Source: Bdellovibrionales bacterium
GTDB lineage: Bacteria; Bdellovibrionota; Bdellovibrionia; Bdellovibrionales; UBA1609
Direction: 5' to 3'
Length of the DNA: 25,968 nucleotides
NCBI GenBank assembly: GCA_050246815.1
Contig: JBFWVI010000006.1
Location: 1 to 25,968, forward strand
The position numbers were made by a program, and so were the translations under genes. Below, one piece after another: positions 1-8,613 of the stretch. The notes beneath the pieces were generated by a model, which saw only the letters and a list, made by a program, of their open reading frames with translations, was not told the origin of the DNA and did not search any database. Numbering within the stretch: the stretch's first letter is position 1; the number at the start of each line of letters is the position of its first letter.

Positions 1-1922
1 GGACGGCGCTCCGCCAGCGCGAGGTTGGCAACCAACTTCCACAAATTGGCCTCGCGACGTCCGGTGGCATCGTGGTGCGTGCTCAAATCGAAAAAACAAA
101 AACGCAGTAAAGCTTTCTCCCAAGCCATACTAAGACCCAACTCGATGGCTTCACCTTGGCTCTGCTTCAAACGCGCAAGCGCCGGGTGATTTTTCAGTTC
201 ACTGTTTTGCAGCTGCTGCCAATAGCTCATCCGGTCGCGCTTGATGTTCTTGACCAACTGATCATCGCGGACCCTGCACCAAGGTGAGCGCAATAACGCC
301 ATCAGGTTTTGGTCATCGGCCGGATGGGCCAAAAATTTCAGTAGGGCCAAAGCATCTTGAACTTCTCGCCGGGCAGAATAACCACGTGATGCATGCACGT
401 GAGTGGGATAACCCTGCTCTTTCAAAAACTGCGCGATGTCGAGCAGGGTGCGATTTTTGCGCGTCAAAACACAGATATCCGAAAGCTGAGCTTTTTCATT
501 TTTCAAAAGATGCTGGATGTGGCTGGCCATGGCCTGATATTCGCTTTGCCGTGGCCCTTGCCCATCTTCCACTGTCGCTTGATGAAAGGTGGCCACTGCC
601 TTTCGGGGATGAAACTCAAGGCTGCGCGGCTCCATGGCTTGGAAGTCCGGACTGACCTTAGCGAAAAAATCATTAATGAAGCAAAGTAAGCTTGGATGAG
701 AACGATAGTTTTTCATTTTGACTTGAGTGTGCCCGCCCTTTGCCCGCAAGGCGGCTTCTTCATGCGCAAACACCTCAGAACGAGCCCCGCGAAAAAGGTA
801 AATGCTTTGTTGCGGATCACCCACTATGTAACGCGGTCGCCCTCCCACCAAAAGTTTCAGTAGTTCGGTCTGCACAGGACTGGTGTCCTGATATTCATCG
901 ATTAACCAATGATCCCAGTCGCATGAAAAGGCCTGGCCCACGCTGGGTTGGTCACGAAGAGTCTTCAGTGCCAAGAGCTCCAAGTCGCTCATCTCCATTT
1001 GCCCCTGTGTCATCTTGTGCTCGCGGATGCGCGTCGCATAGGCTTCACCCAAATGCCGAAACTTCACCGCTTGTGCCGCAAGCTGTTCGCCAGCGAAAGG
1101 AGAATGGCCTGGATCATCCAGCCACTTTTTAAGGTTCTCACGCCAAGTTTTGATATTTTCATCCAGGTCATCAGAAATCGTATTTGGCCCCTTGCGCGGT
1201 TTACTTGGGAACCCGTCCCAAAAAGACATAATCAAATCCCAATTTTCTTTATTCCAAGGATGTTGTAGTAATTTGGCCAGTTGGCTTAAAATTTGTGCGT
1301 ACTTCAGCCAAGTCTCATGTTGGGTGGCGCCGCGAATTTCTTCGGCCAAGCTTTTGGCATCGTGGCCCAGCTTCGCAGCCGCAGCCCCCTGCATCTGCAA
1401 AATTTCGCTTTCGGTAAGAGGACGCAAATCCGGGTGCGCGGCCTTTGCGTCGGCAAATTCACGCAACATGTTCTCAAGCGCGGCTAAACGATACTGCTCC
1501 AACAAATCGCTGCCCGCAGTTTCGCTCATCAAAACCTGCCGCAAAATTTGGCGGCGCATCTGCGCTGCTCCGGTTTCGGTCAAAATCGTGTAACTGGGAT
1601 CAATTCCCAATAAATGTCCATAGCGGCGTAAAAATAACCCCATCACGCCGTGAATGGTCGAAATGTGCAACCGTGATCGCGAGCGACAATAGTCGAGCAG
1701 TTCTAAATCTTGGCGTCGACAGGCTTCAACGGTCAAGCGCTCCCGCAGCTCTTGAGTTGCCTTGCGAGTGAATGTGGTAACCACCAAGCGCGGCCACTTT
1801 TGATTTTGCCCACGATAATGGGCAATCAACTCCATCACGCGCGCGACTAAGGCTGTGGTTTTGCCCGCGCCCGCACCAGCGCGAACCAATTCATCATTTA
1901 ATGCAGATGGGGTGCTCGACAT
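1..1922 (-). CDS. addA: AddA-type ATP-dependent helicase/nuclease subunit (UvrD/REP superfamily 1), 5' portion; continues beyond the window start
   Basis: Absent from the ORF track because it has no stop inside the window. Manual minus-strand translation from ATG at 1922 gives MSSTPSALNDELVRAGAGAGKTT (Walker A), VVTTFTRKATQELRER (motif Ia), WLIDEYQDTSPVQ (motif II), VGDPQQSIYLFRGA (motif III) and NYRS (motif IV). The same frame is still open at position 3 (...ATGRREANLWKLVANLALAERR). Overlaps the addB stop by 25 nt. Confidence 0.93.
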   Translation of the reverse strand, partial: MSSTPSALNDELVRAGAGAGKTTALVARVMELIAHYRGQNQKWPRLVVTTFTRKATQELRERLTVEACRRQDLELLDYCRSRSRLHISTIHGVMGLFLRRYGHLLGIDPSYTILTETGAAQMRRQILRQVLMSETAGSDLLEQYRLAALENMLREFADAKAAHPDLRPLTESEILQMQGAAAAKLGHDAKSLAEEIRGATQHETWLKYAQILSQLAKLLQHPWNKENWDLIMSFWDGFPSKPRKGPNTISDDLDENIKTWRENLKKWLDDPGHSPFAGEQLAAQAVKFRHLGEAYATRIREHKMTQGQMEMSDLELLALKTLRDQPSVGQAFSCDWDHWLIDEYQDTSPVQTELLKLLVGGRPRYIVGDPQQSIYLFRGARSEVFAHEEAALRAKGGHTQVKMKNYRSHPSLLCFINDFFAKVSPDFQAMEPRSLEFHPRKAVATFHQATVEDGQGPRQSEYQAMASHIQHLLKNEKAQLSDICVLTRKNRTLLDIAQFLKEQGYPTHVHASRGYSARREVQDALALLKFLAHPADDQNLMALLRSPWCRVRDDQLVKNIKRDRMSYWQQLQNSELKNHPALARLKQSQGEAIELGLSMAWEKALLRFCFFDLSTHHDATGRREANLWKLVANLALAERR

Positions 1923-4573
1923 AAATTCCGCCATTGGCAATCAAAACATTGTGTTGGTTTTTTGGGTTGGGGCTGAAACAAGCCTTGATTCGCTTTTTGC
2001 AAAATCTCGGCGATTCGCTGGCGAACCTGATTGAAGATCTCGCGTTTTTGCTCTTCGCTGACGCCTGAGTTGCGCCGCCCTTTGGCCGGCAACAGGCTAT
2101 TCTCGCCATTGACCTGCAGTCCTTTTTGACGTTCAAAATCCTTGGCCGAATAATAAAAGGCGCCGCGCACGGGGCGGGCCGGCAATTCGCTGAAACCGTT
2201 TTCAACCACCTCGCTATAAAGTGCCAATTGAAATGAATCTTTCTCGGCCCAATTGGTAGCGGAGTGGGTGCCGACCAAGCTCGATTTGTAATCAAGAACA
2301 ACATACTCCTGACCATCACTATCGACCCGGTCGATGCGCCCTGAAAAAGTCAAATCACCGGGCGATGTCTGCTGGCCTGCCACCACTTGCCGCTTTTCGA
2401 TGGACCAGGCAGCTTTGAATGGAAGTTCCCGCGCCACGGTTTTTGTGCCGGGATGCTGATTCATCCACTCTAGCTCGGCCTTTAAAAATTTTTGCGCTTG
2501 TTCGATAAATCGACGACGTAGTTGCGGCCACAAACCAAAATCCGGAATTTCAGCCTGGACGCGAGCCTCGTCCACGATCTGTCCGATTTCACTTTCGGCC
2601 CAGTCGAAACGACGCGGCTCTACGGTTAAGCGCTCGAAAACTTTGTGCACAATACTGCCGCGGGTCATTGGATCCAAATCCAGATCGGCGGCGGGCAAGT
2701 CACTCAGCTGAAACAATCTTTCGGCCGCGTAGACAAAAGGACATTCGCTGTATTTTTCAAGTGCCGAGGCAGAAAGCTTGCGCATTGTTCCTGCGCCGAA
2801 GCTTGGTAAAGGCTTTAAACCTAAATCTTCGGCCAAACCATCCAACATCTCTTGCATATGATCCATCGGCCATTGGCGTAGGCTTGCGATGGCCACTGCT
2901 GACGCGTTCTGAACTTCATCCCAGCGTGTTGGCAAAGGGGTGGTGATTCGCGCGAGCGCAAGTTTAGGGTCCTCGTTTTGCAACAACCAAAGCCGCGAAG
3001 GTGTCAACGGTGCGCCACTTGGATCCGTTACCGCGCAACTCATAACGCCCTCTTGCAGGGGTCTTTCCAGCAGCCATCGTGCTTCGAACTCTAAGGTGCT
3101 GCGTTCGCTGGACGGCAACAGCACACCCAAATCCTGAAAGATTTTTTGAGTTTCAAGGTTTGACAGCCCCTGGGCATTGAAATCGCGCAAATTTTCTTCG
3201 CTCAGCCCCAGCAGATAAAGAAACTTCAATGGCAACCACTCGGCCGCCATCAGATTCACGGCGTGCACGCCCTCCACCGGCGGATGGATCATAATTTCTA
3301 TTTTTGAGGCCCAAGCCTCAAGCCAATCAAACCACAATGCAACACTTAGGCGCACGCGCGGTGGACCGTCTTCAAGCAACTGTTTGACCAGCCGCTCAAG
3401 CAGGTTGATGTCGCCCCCCTGCCACCAACGGCTGATGCGGGCGGTGAATTCATCGCGGGTGACAATCTGCTCCGGATCCAAAGTTTTCGCAAATTGATTT
3501 TTTAGCCACTCCTCGTGACTCAGCTGATCTTCGCTGTACAAATTAGTGAACAACCTTTTGAATCGCTCATAACTAATCGGCACCTCGCGGGCGTGAAATG
3601 TCGCCAACTCCAAGTCGGCGCCATCGACTCGCCCCATCTTCAAACGCAACTGCGCCAACCACATTTGCACTGCCGGCAAAGAGTGCAATAAAACCGTGCG
3701 GGCCTTGTCCACGGGGATTCCCTCTTGCTCGAGGGCCGGCGCCAGAAGCGGCCAATAGGTTTCAATTTCGGGAGCCGCAATGGCAATCGCACGCGGGTCC
3801 GCACCGGCGTCAAGCCAAAGTCGCACTTGAGCCACGGCGTCCTTGATCTCGGCCAAAGGCGAAGAAAAATGCGCCACGCGCAGCGTCCCGCCGACCCTCA
3901 AATCTTCGATTCGAGGGGAATCCGAATGCCAGATTGGAGCGGGTCGCAAAAGCACAACTTCGGTATTTTGCGAAAGCTGCTCAAGCAGCACCTCCTCCAT
4001 GGGGGTGAGTTGTGCCGACAGATCGGTCAAAATTTCTCTCGGCCAACTTAATTTTGCACCAGCACTCAACAAATAGGCCGGAGCCCAAGCCGCCGGCAAC
4101 ATTTTTTCTTGCTGCAAAACATCCCACACCACGGCAGCCAATTCAAACCAGTGGCCCCACTTCAAAAGGCTATCTGGATTGGCGCGCAGCCACTCACGCA
4201 CCAACTCAAGATCAGGCAGTTGGCCAAACAACGGCAAAAACTGTGGCATCAATTGGGTCAAAGTGTGGGCGGCACCATTGCCCTTGGCCCAGGCGATATT
4301 CTTTTGGCGAAGTTCGCGCTGCACCAATGTGCGCACCAAGTCCATCGACACCAACCGCTGTTCGGGATGATGCTGCCACATCAAGCGTCGCCACAGTTCA
4401 CTGGCACGCAGCACCGCCACGTCTTCGATGGCACCATGAGAATCAAGCAAACGGCTTTGAATTTCCAATTTGGATTTAAGATCCGAAACCAGCCAGGTTT
4501 GGGTCTTCGGCTGGAAGCTTTCGAGCCACTTTAATTTGTCTTGAGGCTTTTTTAAATCGTGGCGCTTCAACAT
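1898..4573 (-). CDS. addB: AddB-like subunit: degenerate helicase fold plus C-terminal PD-(D/E)XK RecB-family nuclease with four-Cys Fe-S staple
   Basis: 891 aa. Motifs LSASALEKYSECPF, RGSIVHKVFE, GRIDRVD...LDYK, QLALY and C-terminal CFDCQWRNLC. Lies directly upstream of addA. Confidence 0.88.
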   Translation of the reverse strand: MLKRHDLKKPQDKLKWLESFQPKTQTWLVSDLKSKLEIQSRLLDSHGAIEDVAVLRASELWRRLMWQHHPEQRLVSMDLVRTLVQRELRQKNIAWAKGNGAAHTLTQLMPQFLPLFGQLPDLELVREWLRANPDSLLKWGHWFELAAVVWDVLQQEKMLPAAWAPAYLLSAGAKLSWPREILTDLSAQLTPMEEVLLEQLSQNTEVVLLRPAPIWHSDSPRIEDLRVGGTLRVAHFSSPLAEIKDAVAQVRLWLDAGADPRAIAIAAPEIETYWPLLAPALEQEGIPVDKARTVLLHSLPAVQMWLAQLRLKMGRVDGADLELATFHAREVPISYERFKRLFTNLYSEDQLSHEEWLKNQFAKTLDPEQIVTRDEFTARISRWWQGGDINLLERLVKQLLEDGPPRVRLSVALWFDWLEAWASKIEIMIHPPVEGVHAVNLMAAEWLPLKFLYLLGLSEENLRDFNAQGLSNLETQKIFQDLGVLLPSSERSTLEFEARWLLERPLQEGVMSCAVTDPSGAPLTPSRLWLLQNEDPKLALARITTPLPTRWDEVQNASAVAIASLRQWPMDHMQEMLDGLAEDLGLKPLPSFGAGTMRKLSASALEKYSECPFVYAAERLFQLSDLPAADLDLDPMTRGSIVHKVFERLTVEPRRFDWAESEIGQIVDEARVQAEIPDFGLWPQLRRRFIEQAQKFLKAELEWMNQHPGTKTVARELPFKAAWSIEKRQVVAGQQTSPGDLTFSGRIDRVDSDGQEYVVLDYKSSLVGTHSATNWAEKDSFQLALYSEVVENGFSELPARPVRGAFYYSAKDFERQKGLQVNGENSLLPAKGRRNSGVSEEQKREIFNQVRQRIAEILQKANQGLFQPQPKKPTQCFDCQWRNLCRAPHLH

Positions 4574-4579
4574 CGTCGC

Positions 4580-5746
4580 TTAACGACGTTGTTTGAGTCG
4601 CCCTCCAAAACTGCCGCGCTTCGAACCACTGCCGCCCTTACCACCCTTGGCACTGCTCCCGCCGCCGAAAATACCGAAGCCTGGGTCAAAGCCCAATTCC
4701 AATGAGAATTGCACCAGGTAGCGACGATCTTCGCGCTGCCCCGGATAAGCTCCCAATTCTTCACCGTAAGTGGCGGCGTCCACGCGAATGATACCAAGAT
4801 TCAGTCCTACCCCTGCCGTGTAATAGCCTTGGTGAAAACCCGCGCGAAGATCCAACATGGGTAACCCGACTTCCAGCCCAAAATTAATCTTCTTGCCCAG
4901 CTGGACGTCACTTCGATTCAAATAACGAAAATCAAAAGCCGGATTCACTGTCACCAAGCCCGCATCCAAATTCAGCGCCAAACCCAAACTCATTTCGTCT
5001 TGGTCTGACGGCGGTGCGGCCAATGTTAAACTGTCGGCGCGGAATGAAGTCACTCCCACATCACGCCAGACAAACGATAACACAGGTGACACCGGTCCCG
5101 GAATCAACAAATTCATGCCCAAATCCATGCTGTAGCCGCGGCCCTTGGTTTCCACATTGGCCATAATGGCATTAGGATCCAGACTACCGACGAAACTAGG
5201 GCCAAAGGGCTGTCGTGAACCCGTGCGTTGAACATATTTAAGAGTGGTTCCGATGTGCAGTACGGGCAAAATCGGAACTGCTGCACCAAGGGCGTAACCG
5301 TAGTCATTGACCACCGCCACATCCAAATTCGGATAAACCGGGTTATTCACATCAAGGCTGGCATCCAAACTGTCGTAGACCGCAAAACCAAGGTACGGCA
5401 ACGTCAACGCCGATTTGGCGCCGGCACCCACCCAGACATGGTCCCCATATAAAGTGCGTACGGTGTTTTCGAAACTGGTAGTGCCTTGGATGTCATTGAC
5501 GGTCTGAAGCACCTCTTGGCCATTGGCGCCTACTTTGACATCGGCAATCAGCCAGTTCAAACCGCTTACGCGAGCCAGGCCGGCCGGATTATAGAACAAG
5601 GCGTCTGCGTTTTCGACCACACCAAAGTAGGCATTGCCCATACCCAATGCGCGCACAGACGTGTTTTTGTCATAAAGATTCCCAGCGGCCGCGGATGCGA
5701 CGTAAAATAGACTTAAAATGAAAAACGCCCTTATGGACAGGCGCAA
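4580..5746 (-). CDS. Outer-membrane beta-barrel, FadL/PorV/TraF-like family (paralog 1), with Gly/Lys/Arg-rich C-terminal tail
   Basis: Signal peptide (..FFILSLFYVASAAA), hatch-like SVRALGMGNAY...ALFYNPAGL, alternating beta-strand pattern, and GFHQGYYTAG...DAATYGEELG...EDRRY shared with paralogs 2 and 3. Start uncertain (TTG 5746 or GTG 5767). Confidence 0.8.
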   Translation of the reverse strand: MRLSIRAFFILSLFYVASAAAGNLYDKNTSVRALGMGNAYFGVVENADALFYNPAGLARVSGLNWLIADVKVGANGQEVLQTVNDIQGTTSFENTVRTLYGDHVWVGAGAKSALTLPYLGFAVYDSLDASLDVNNPVYPNLDVAVVNDYGYALGAAVPILPVLHIGTTLKYVQRTGSRQPFGPSFVGSLDPNAIMANVETKGRGYSMDLGMNLLIPGPVSPVLSFVWRDVGVTSFRADSLTLAAPPSDQDEMSLGLALNLDAGLVTVNPAFDFRYLNRSDVQLGKKINFGLEVGLPMLDLRAGFHQGYYTAGVGLNLGIIRVDAATYGEELGAYPGQREDRRYLVQFSLELGFDPGFGIFGGGSSAKGGKGGSGSKRGSFGGRLKQRR

Positions 5747-6549
5747 GCCACAGCGTCGCCGGTACACGTTCCTAGCCCCACATCCTGACTTTCATTAATC
5801 AGCGTTCGAATGCCTCTTTGTTCGTTAGCGTCAATATCAGCAATGTCCGTTTGCGGAGGATCCGCGCAGAAGTTAAGCAAAGGTGGCAGCGCCGCACAGG
5901 CTGCGGTAAAGTCACCCGTTGCGCCAGCGCCAATGGTGCTTGAACCTATGTTTTCCAAAGCATCCATAGCGATAATCAAACCAGTCGCGAACTCTTGGGA
6001 GGCCACCGCAGGAAAATCACCCACATCACAAGGATCAAAACCAGCATCGACACTGCCATCCGGTGTACCTGAGTCACCGTAACGACTGACCAGGGCTCCC
6101 ATTTTGGCAAAACTGATAAAGGCCATCAAAAGATTCTCATCGGCAGTGCGGTCGACTCCCAGGTCACTGATTGACTTGATGATGGTCTCGGCTTGAATGC
6201 AGCTCGCCTGGCGCGAAGCGTCCCCGCCTTGAAAGGTCGACATCAACCATGGCACGACCCGAGTCGCCATGCTGCTTAAGGCATCCACCAGATCCAAAAA
6301 ATCCAAACTGGTGCATAACCCCAAATAGGCTGACGCATGCACGACTTTGACATCCCGTTTGGCCAAATAGGTGGCACTCATGGCGTTGAATTTTGCAATG
6401 GCACCGGCGTAGTTGCCCGCGTTCACCAATTGTTTAGCGTCAAAAAACAAAGCCTCGTTGCTATTGACGTCCGAGAACTCCTGCAAGATGTTCACCGAAC
6501 AGCTGGTCAAAATAAATGTTGCCAAAAGGCCAAGTAAAAACTGTTTCAT
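5731..6549 (-). CDS. Cys-rich helical lipoprotein, unknown function
   Basis: 272 aa. Lipobox ILTS-C at residue 17, GGAG RBS upstream, TPR-like helix pair near the N-terminus (FDAKQLVNAGNYAGAIAKF), 8 further Cys, ends ACACP. Confidence 0.8.
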   Translation of the reverse strand: MKQFLLGLLATFILTSCSVNILQEFSDVNSNEALFFDAKQLVNAGNYAGAIAKFNAMSATYLAKRDVKVVHASAYLGLCTSLDFLDLVDALSSMATRVVPWLMSTFQGGDASRQASCIQAETIIKSISDLGVDRTADENLLMAFISFAKMGALVSRYGDSGTPDGSVDAGFDPCDVGDFPAVASQEFATGLIIAMDALENIGSSTIGAGATGDFTAACAALPPLLNFCADPPQTDIADIDANEQRGIRTLINESQDVGLGTCTGDAVACACP

Positions 6550-6567
6550 GACAAATCTCCATATTCG

Positions 6568-7692
6568 TCAAAAACGAAAAGCAAATTTAAAAACGTAACG
6601 CCGATCCTCTTGTGTGATCGTTGCCGTCCCGACCTCTTCTCCGTAAGTGGCCGCCTGCAACTGATAGTTTTGCATGGCGAATTCCAAACCCGCCGTCCAA
6701 TAACGTTGGTTCATCCCCGCGCGCAGAAAAAATGCATCGGCCACGTTCATCTCGATGCCGGCATGCACGCGACGCATTTGATCGTCTTCATCGCCGGTGG
6801 TCAGCACGTCGCGATACTCGCCGGTGAAAGTGACACGAGTCCTTTTACTGGCAATCGGAAACAGTGCAAAGGCCACATCCACCGTCTGTGGCGTGTGATT
6901 GGGAATGGTGATGGCCGAAGTGAACATGCCCTCTTTTAAATTGTAGGAAGTGCCACCCACATCGCGCCAAACCGCCGCGATGGTTGGCAGCCACGCGATC
7001 GGAGCCGCCAAAATCAAGCCCACGTCGCCAGCTACACCAAAGCCTTCTTGAGCCAAATTATCCACCGTTAATCCCGTGGAGTTGGCGGGAATATCGATGC
7101 GGTCGATCTGTACGCGGTTGATGGCACGTGCTACGGCACCCAATTTAATGATCCCGTCGAACAGACGAAAGTTGAAGCCAAAGACTGCAGCGTAATCATT
7201 ATTGTAATGCAATTCGTAGTTAGTTCCAGCGGCATCAACGCGGCCGTCGGCGGTGTAGTTGCCATAAACACCAAAACCAAAGTTCGGCACCACGATCGAA
7301 GGGAAAAGCTGTGCCTTCAAATGCAATCTTTTATCGCGATTTGCAACCTGGTTCAGTTTGTTGAGCATTGGCTGAGGCTTGAACATATTCAAAAGATCCG
7401 TGCCCGCAAGAGTTGCGGCGTTGGCGCTGCCCTCAAGTTCTGGATCCGCTACAGTGACAAAATAATCTCGCAGCTTGCCGAGGCCTGCGGGATTAAGAAG
7501 CAGCGCCGTCTCATCGTTGACCACGGCCACGCCGGCGCCGCCCATGCCCAACTGCCGAACACCATTGTAAAACTCGTAGCGTTCCGCCGCATGTGCCAAG
7601 GGGCTGACTGAAAGTAGCACTCCAAAAAAGAGGCCACTTAAGATCACTCTCTTCAAGGACACTGGACTTGTGCGAAAGTTATGCGATTTCAT
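6568..7692 (-). CDS. Outer-membrane beta-barrel, FadL/PorV/TraF-like family (paralog 2)
   Basis: Signal peptide ending PLAHA, GVRQLGMGGAG...ALLLNPAGL, GMNQRYWTAG...ATYGEEVG...EDRRY and terminal beta-signal YVFKFAFRF. Start uncertain (7692 chosen; the ORF track extends to 7743). Confidence 0.82.
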   Translation of the reverse strand: MKSHNFRTSPVSLKRVILSGLFFGVLLSVSPLAHAAERYEFYNGVRQLGMGGAGVAVVNDETALLLNPAGLGKLRDYFVTVADPELEGSANAATLAGTDLLNMFKPQPMLNKLNQVANRDKRLHLKAQLFPSIVVPNFGFGVYGNYTADGRVDAAGTNYELHYNNDYAAVFGFNFRLFDGIIKLGAVARAINRVQIDRIDIPANSTGLTVDNLAQEGFGVAGDVGLILAAPIAWLPTIAAVWRDVGGTSYNLKEGMFTSAITIPNHTPQTVDVAFALFPIASKRTRVTFTGEYRDVLTTGDEDDQMRRVHAGIEMNVADAFFLRAGMNQRYWTAGLEFAMQNYQLQAATYGEEVGTATITQEDRRYVFKFAFRF

Positions 7693-7810
7693 CACCTTTT
7701 TTTCGGTCTCATTTTGATGCGCCTTGAGCCACTGGACCCTCATCTTGACTTAAGGCCTGAAAAATCTGGACTGCTGGCGCGTCTTGGTGCAGTTGGAGCA
7801 GGCCAAACGG

Positions 7811-7819
7811 TGATATAAT
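7811..7819 (+). promoter_or_regulatory. Extended -10 sigma70-type promoter element (TGnTATAAT) for the 7855 lipoprotein gene
   Basis: TGATATAAT is a perfect extended -10 match, 35 nt upstream of ATG 7855 in the divergent intergenic gap. No convincing -35. Confidence 0.5.
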
Positions 7820-7854
7820 ATGGTCTTCGGGGCATCACAACCGAAGAGGGTTTT

Positions 7855-8613
7855 ATGAGTCTATTGTGGAAAAAGCTGTTGAGTGTGGGGATTGTGGTTT
7901 TGGCGGCCGGCACCTTGAGTGGCTGCGAAGAGGAAGAGTCAAATGACCTGGCCAAAGCACAAGCTTGTTTGGACAAAATAAGCTCGACCAATTACAGCGA
8001 CGCCGAAGCCTGCCTGTCGCATGTGGCGAAGTATGATTCTCAACAGGCCAATATCTTAAAGTGCTCGATCAAAATGGTGGCCGGAGGCTTGACCACAGAC
8101 AAGGTCAGCGAAGCTTACAAAAAGCTATCCGCGGCGACCGGAACCAACGAGGCCGCCTTTATTTCGGTTCTGGCCATGGCCGACAACAAGGCCGAAGAAG
8201 CCCTTCCCTATTGTGTAAAAACAGGTTTAAAAGGACTGATCTACCTGGCCAATTTGGCCGTCATGGGAACCGCCCTGGCCAACACTTTGCCAGCCGGCGG
8301 TTATGACCCCAATGATCCTTCGACGCTTCCCACACAACAAGAGATCGACGACATGATCAACAACTGCCAACCGGGCAGCACACCCACGCCGGGCGGCACG
8401 GCCTGCGGCAACACCGAGTACACCGCCATTGGCAACGCGGCTGTCACTTTGGGCGCCAGCTACTGCGCAGGCAGCAATGCCACAAGCGAGGTTTGCACCA
8501 AAATGAACACCGCCATCACCAATGGCGGCAGCGACGCTGCCCTGATCGCCAAAGAACTGATGTGTTTGTTGGACAATAAAACTTACGACTCCATCGGCGA
8601 TGCCTGTATCTAA
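7855..8613 (+). CDS. Cys-rich helical lipoprotein, unknown function
   Basis: 252 aa. Lipobox TLSG-C, GAGGG RBS, 10 further Cys, ends GDACI. Its stop overlaps the stop of the convergent TPR-like gene. Confidence 0.82.
   Translation: MSLLWKKLLSVGIVVLAAGTLSGCEEEESNDLAKAQACLDKISSTNYSDAEACLSHVAKYDSQQANILKCSIKMVAGGLTTDKVSEAYKKLSAATGTNEAAFISVLAMADNKAEEALPYCVKTGLKGLIYLANLAVMGTALANTLPAGGYDPNDPSTLPTQQEIDDMINNCQPGSTPTPGGTACGNTEYTAIGNAAVTLGASYCAGSNATSEVCTKMNTAITNGGSDAALIAKELMCLLDNKTYDSIGDACI

Noticed and set aside
284..1771. Seven plus-strand ORFs of 64-147 aa in the ORF track
   Set aside because: They are antisense shadows of addA, which occupies this interval on the minus strand with clear helicase motifs.
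1898..2800. Cas4 or a defence nuclease suggested by the PD-(D/E)XK domain with four Cys
   Set aside because: It is the C-terminal domain of an 891-aa protein coupled to addA; no cas genes or repeat-spacer array were seen.
7775..7791. Sigma54-like TGGCGCG...TGCA in the divergent gap
   Set aside because: The GG-to-GC spacing is 11 nt, not the strictly required 10.
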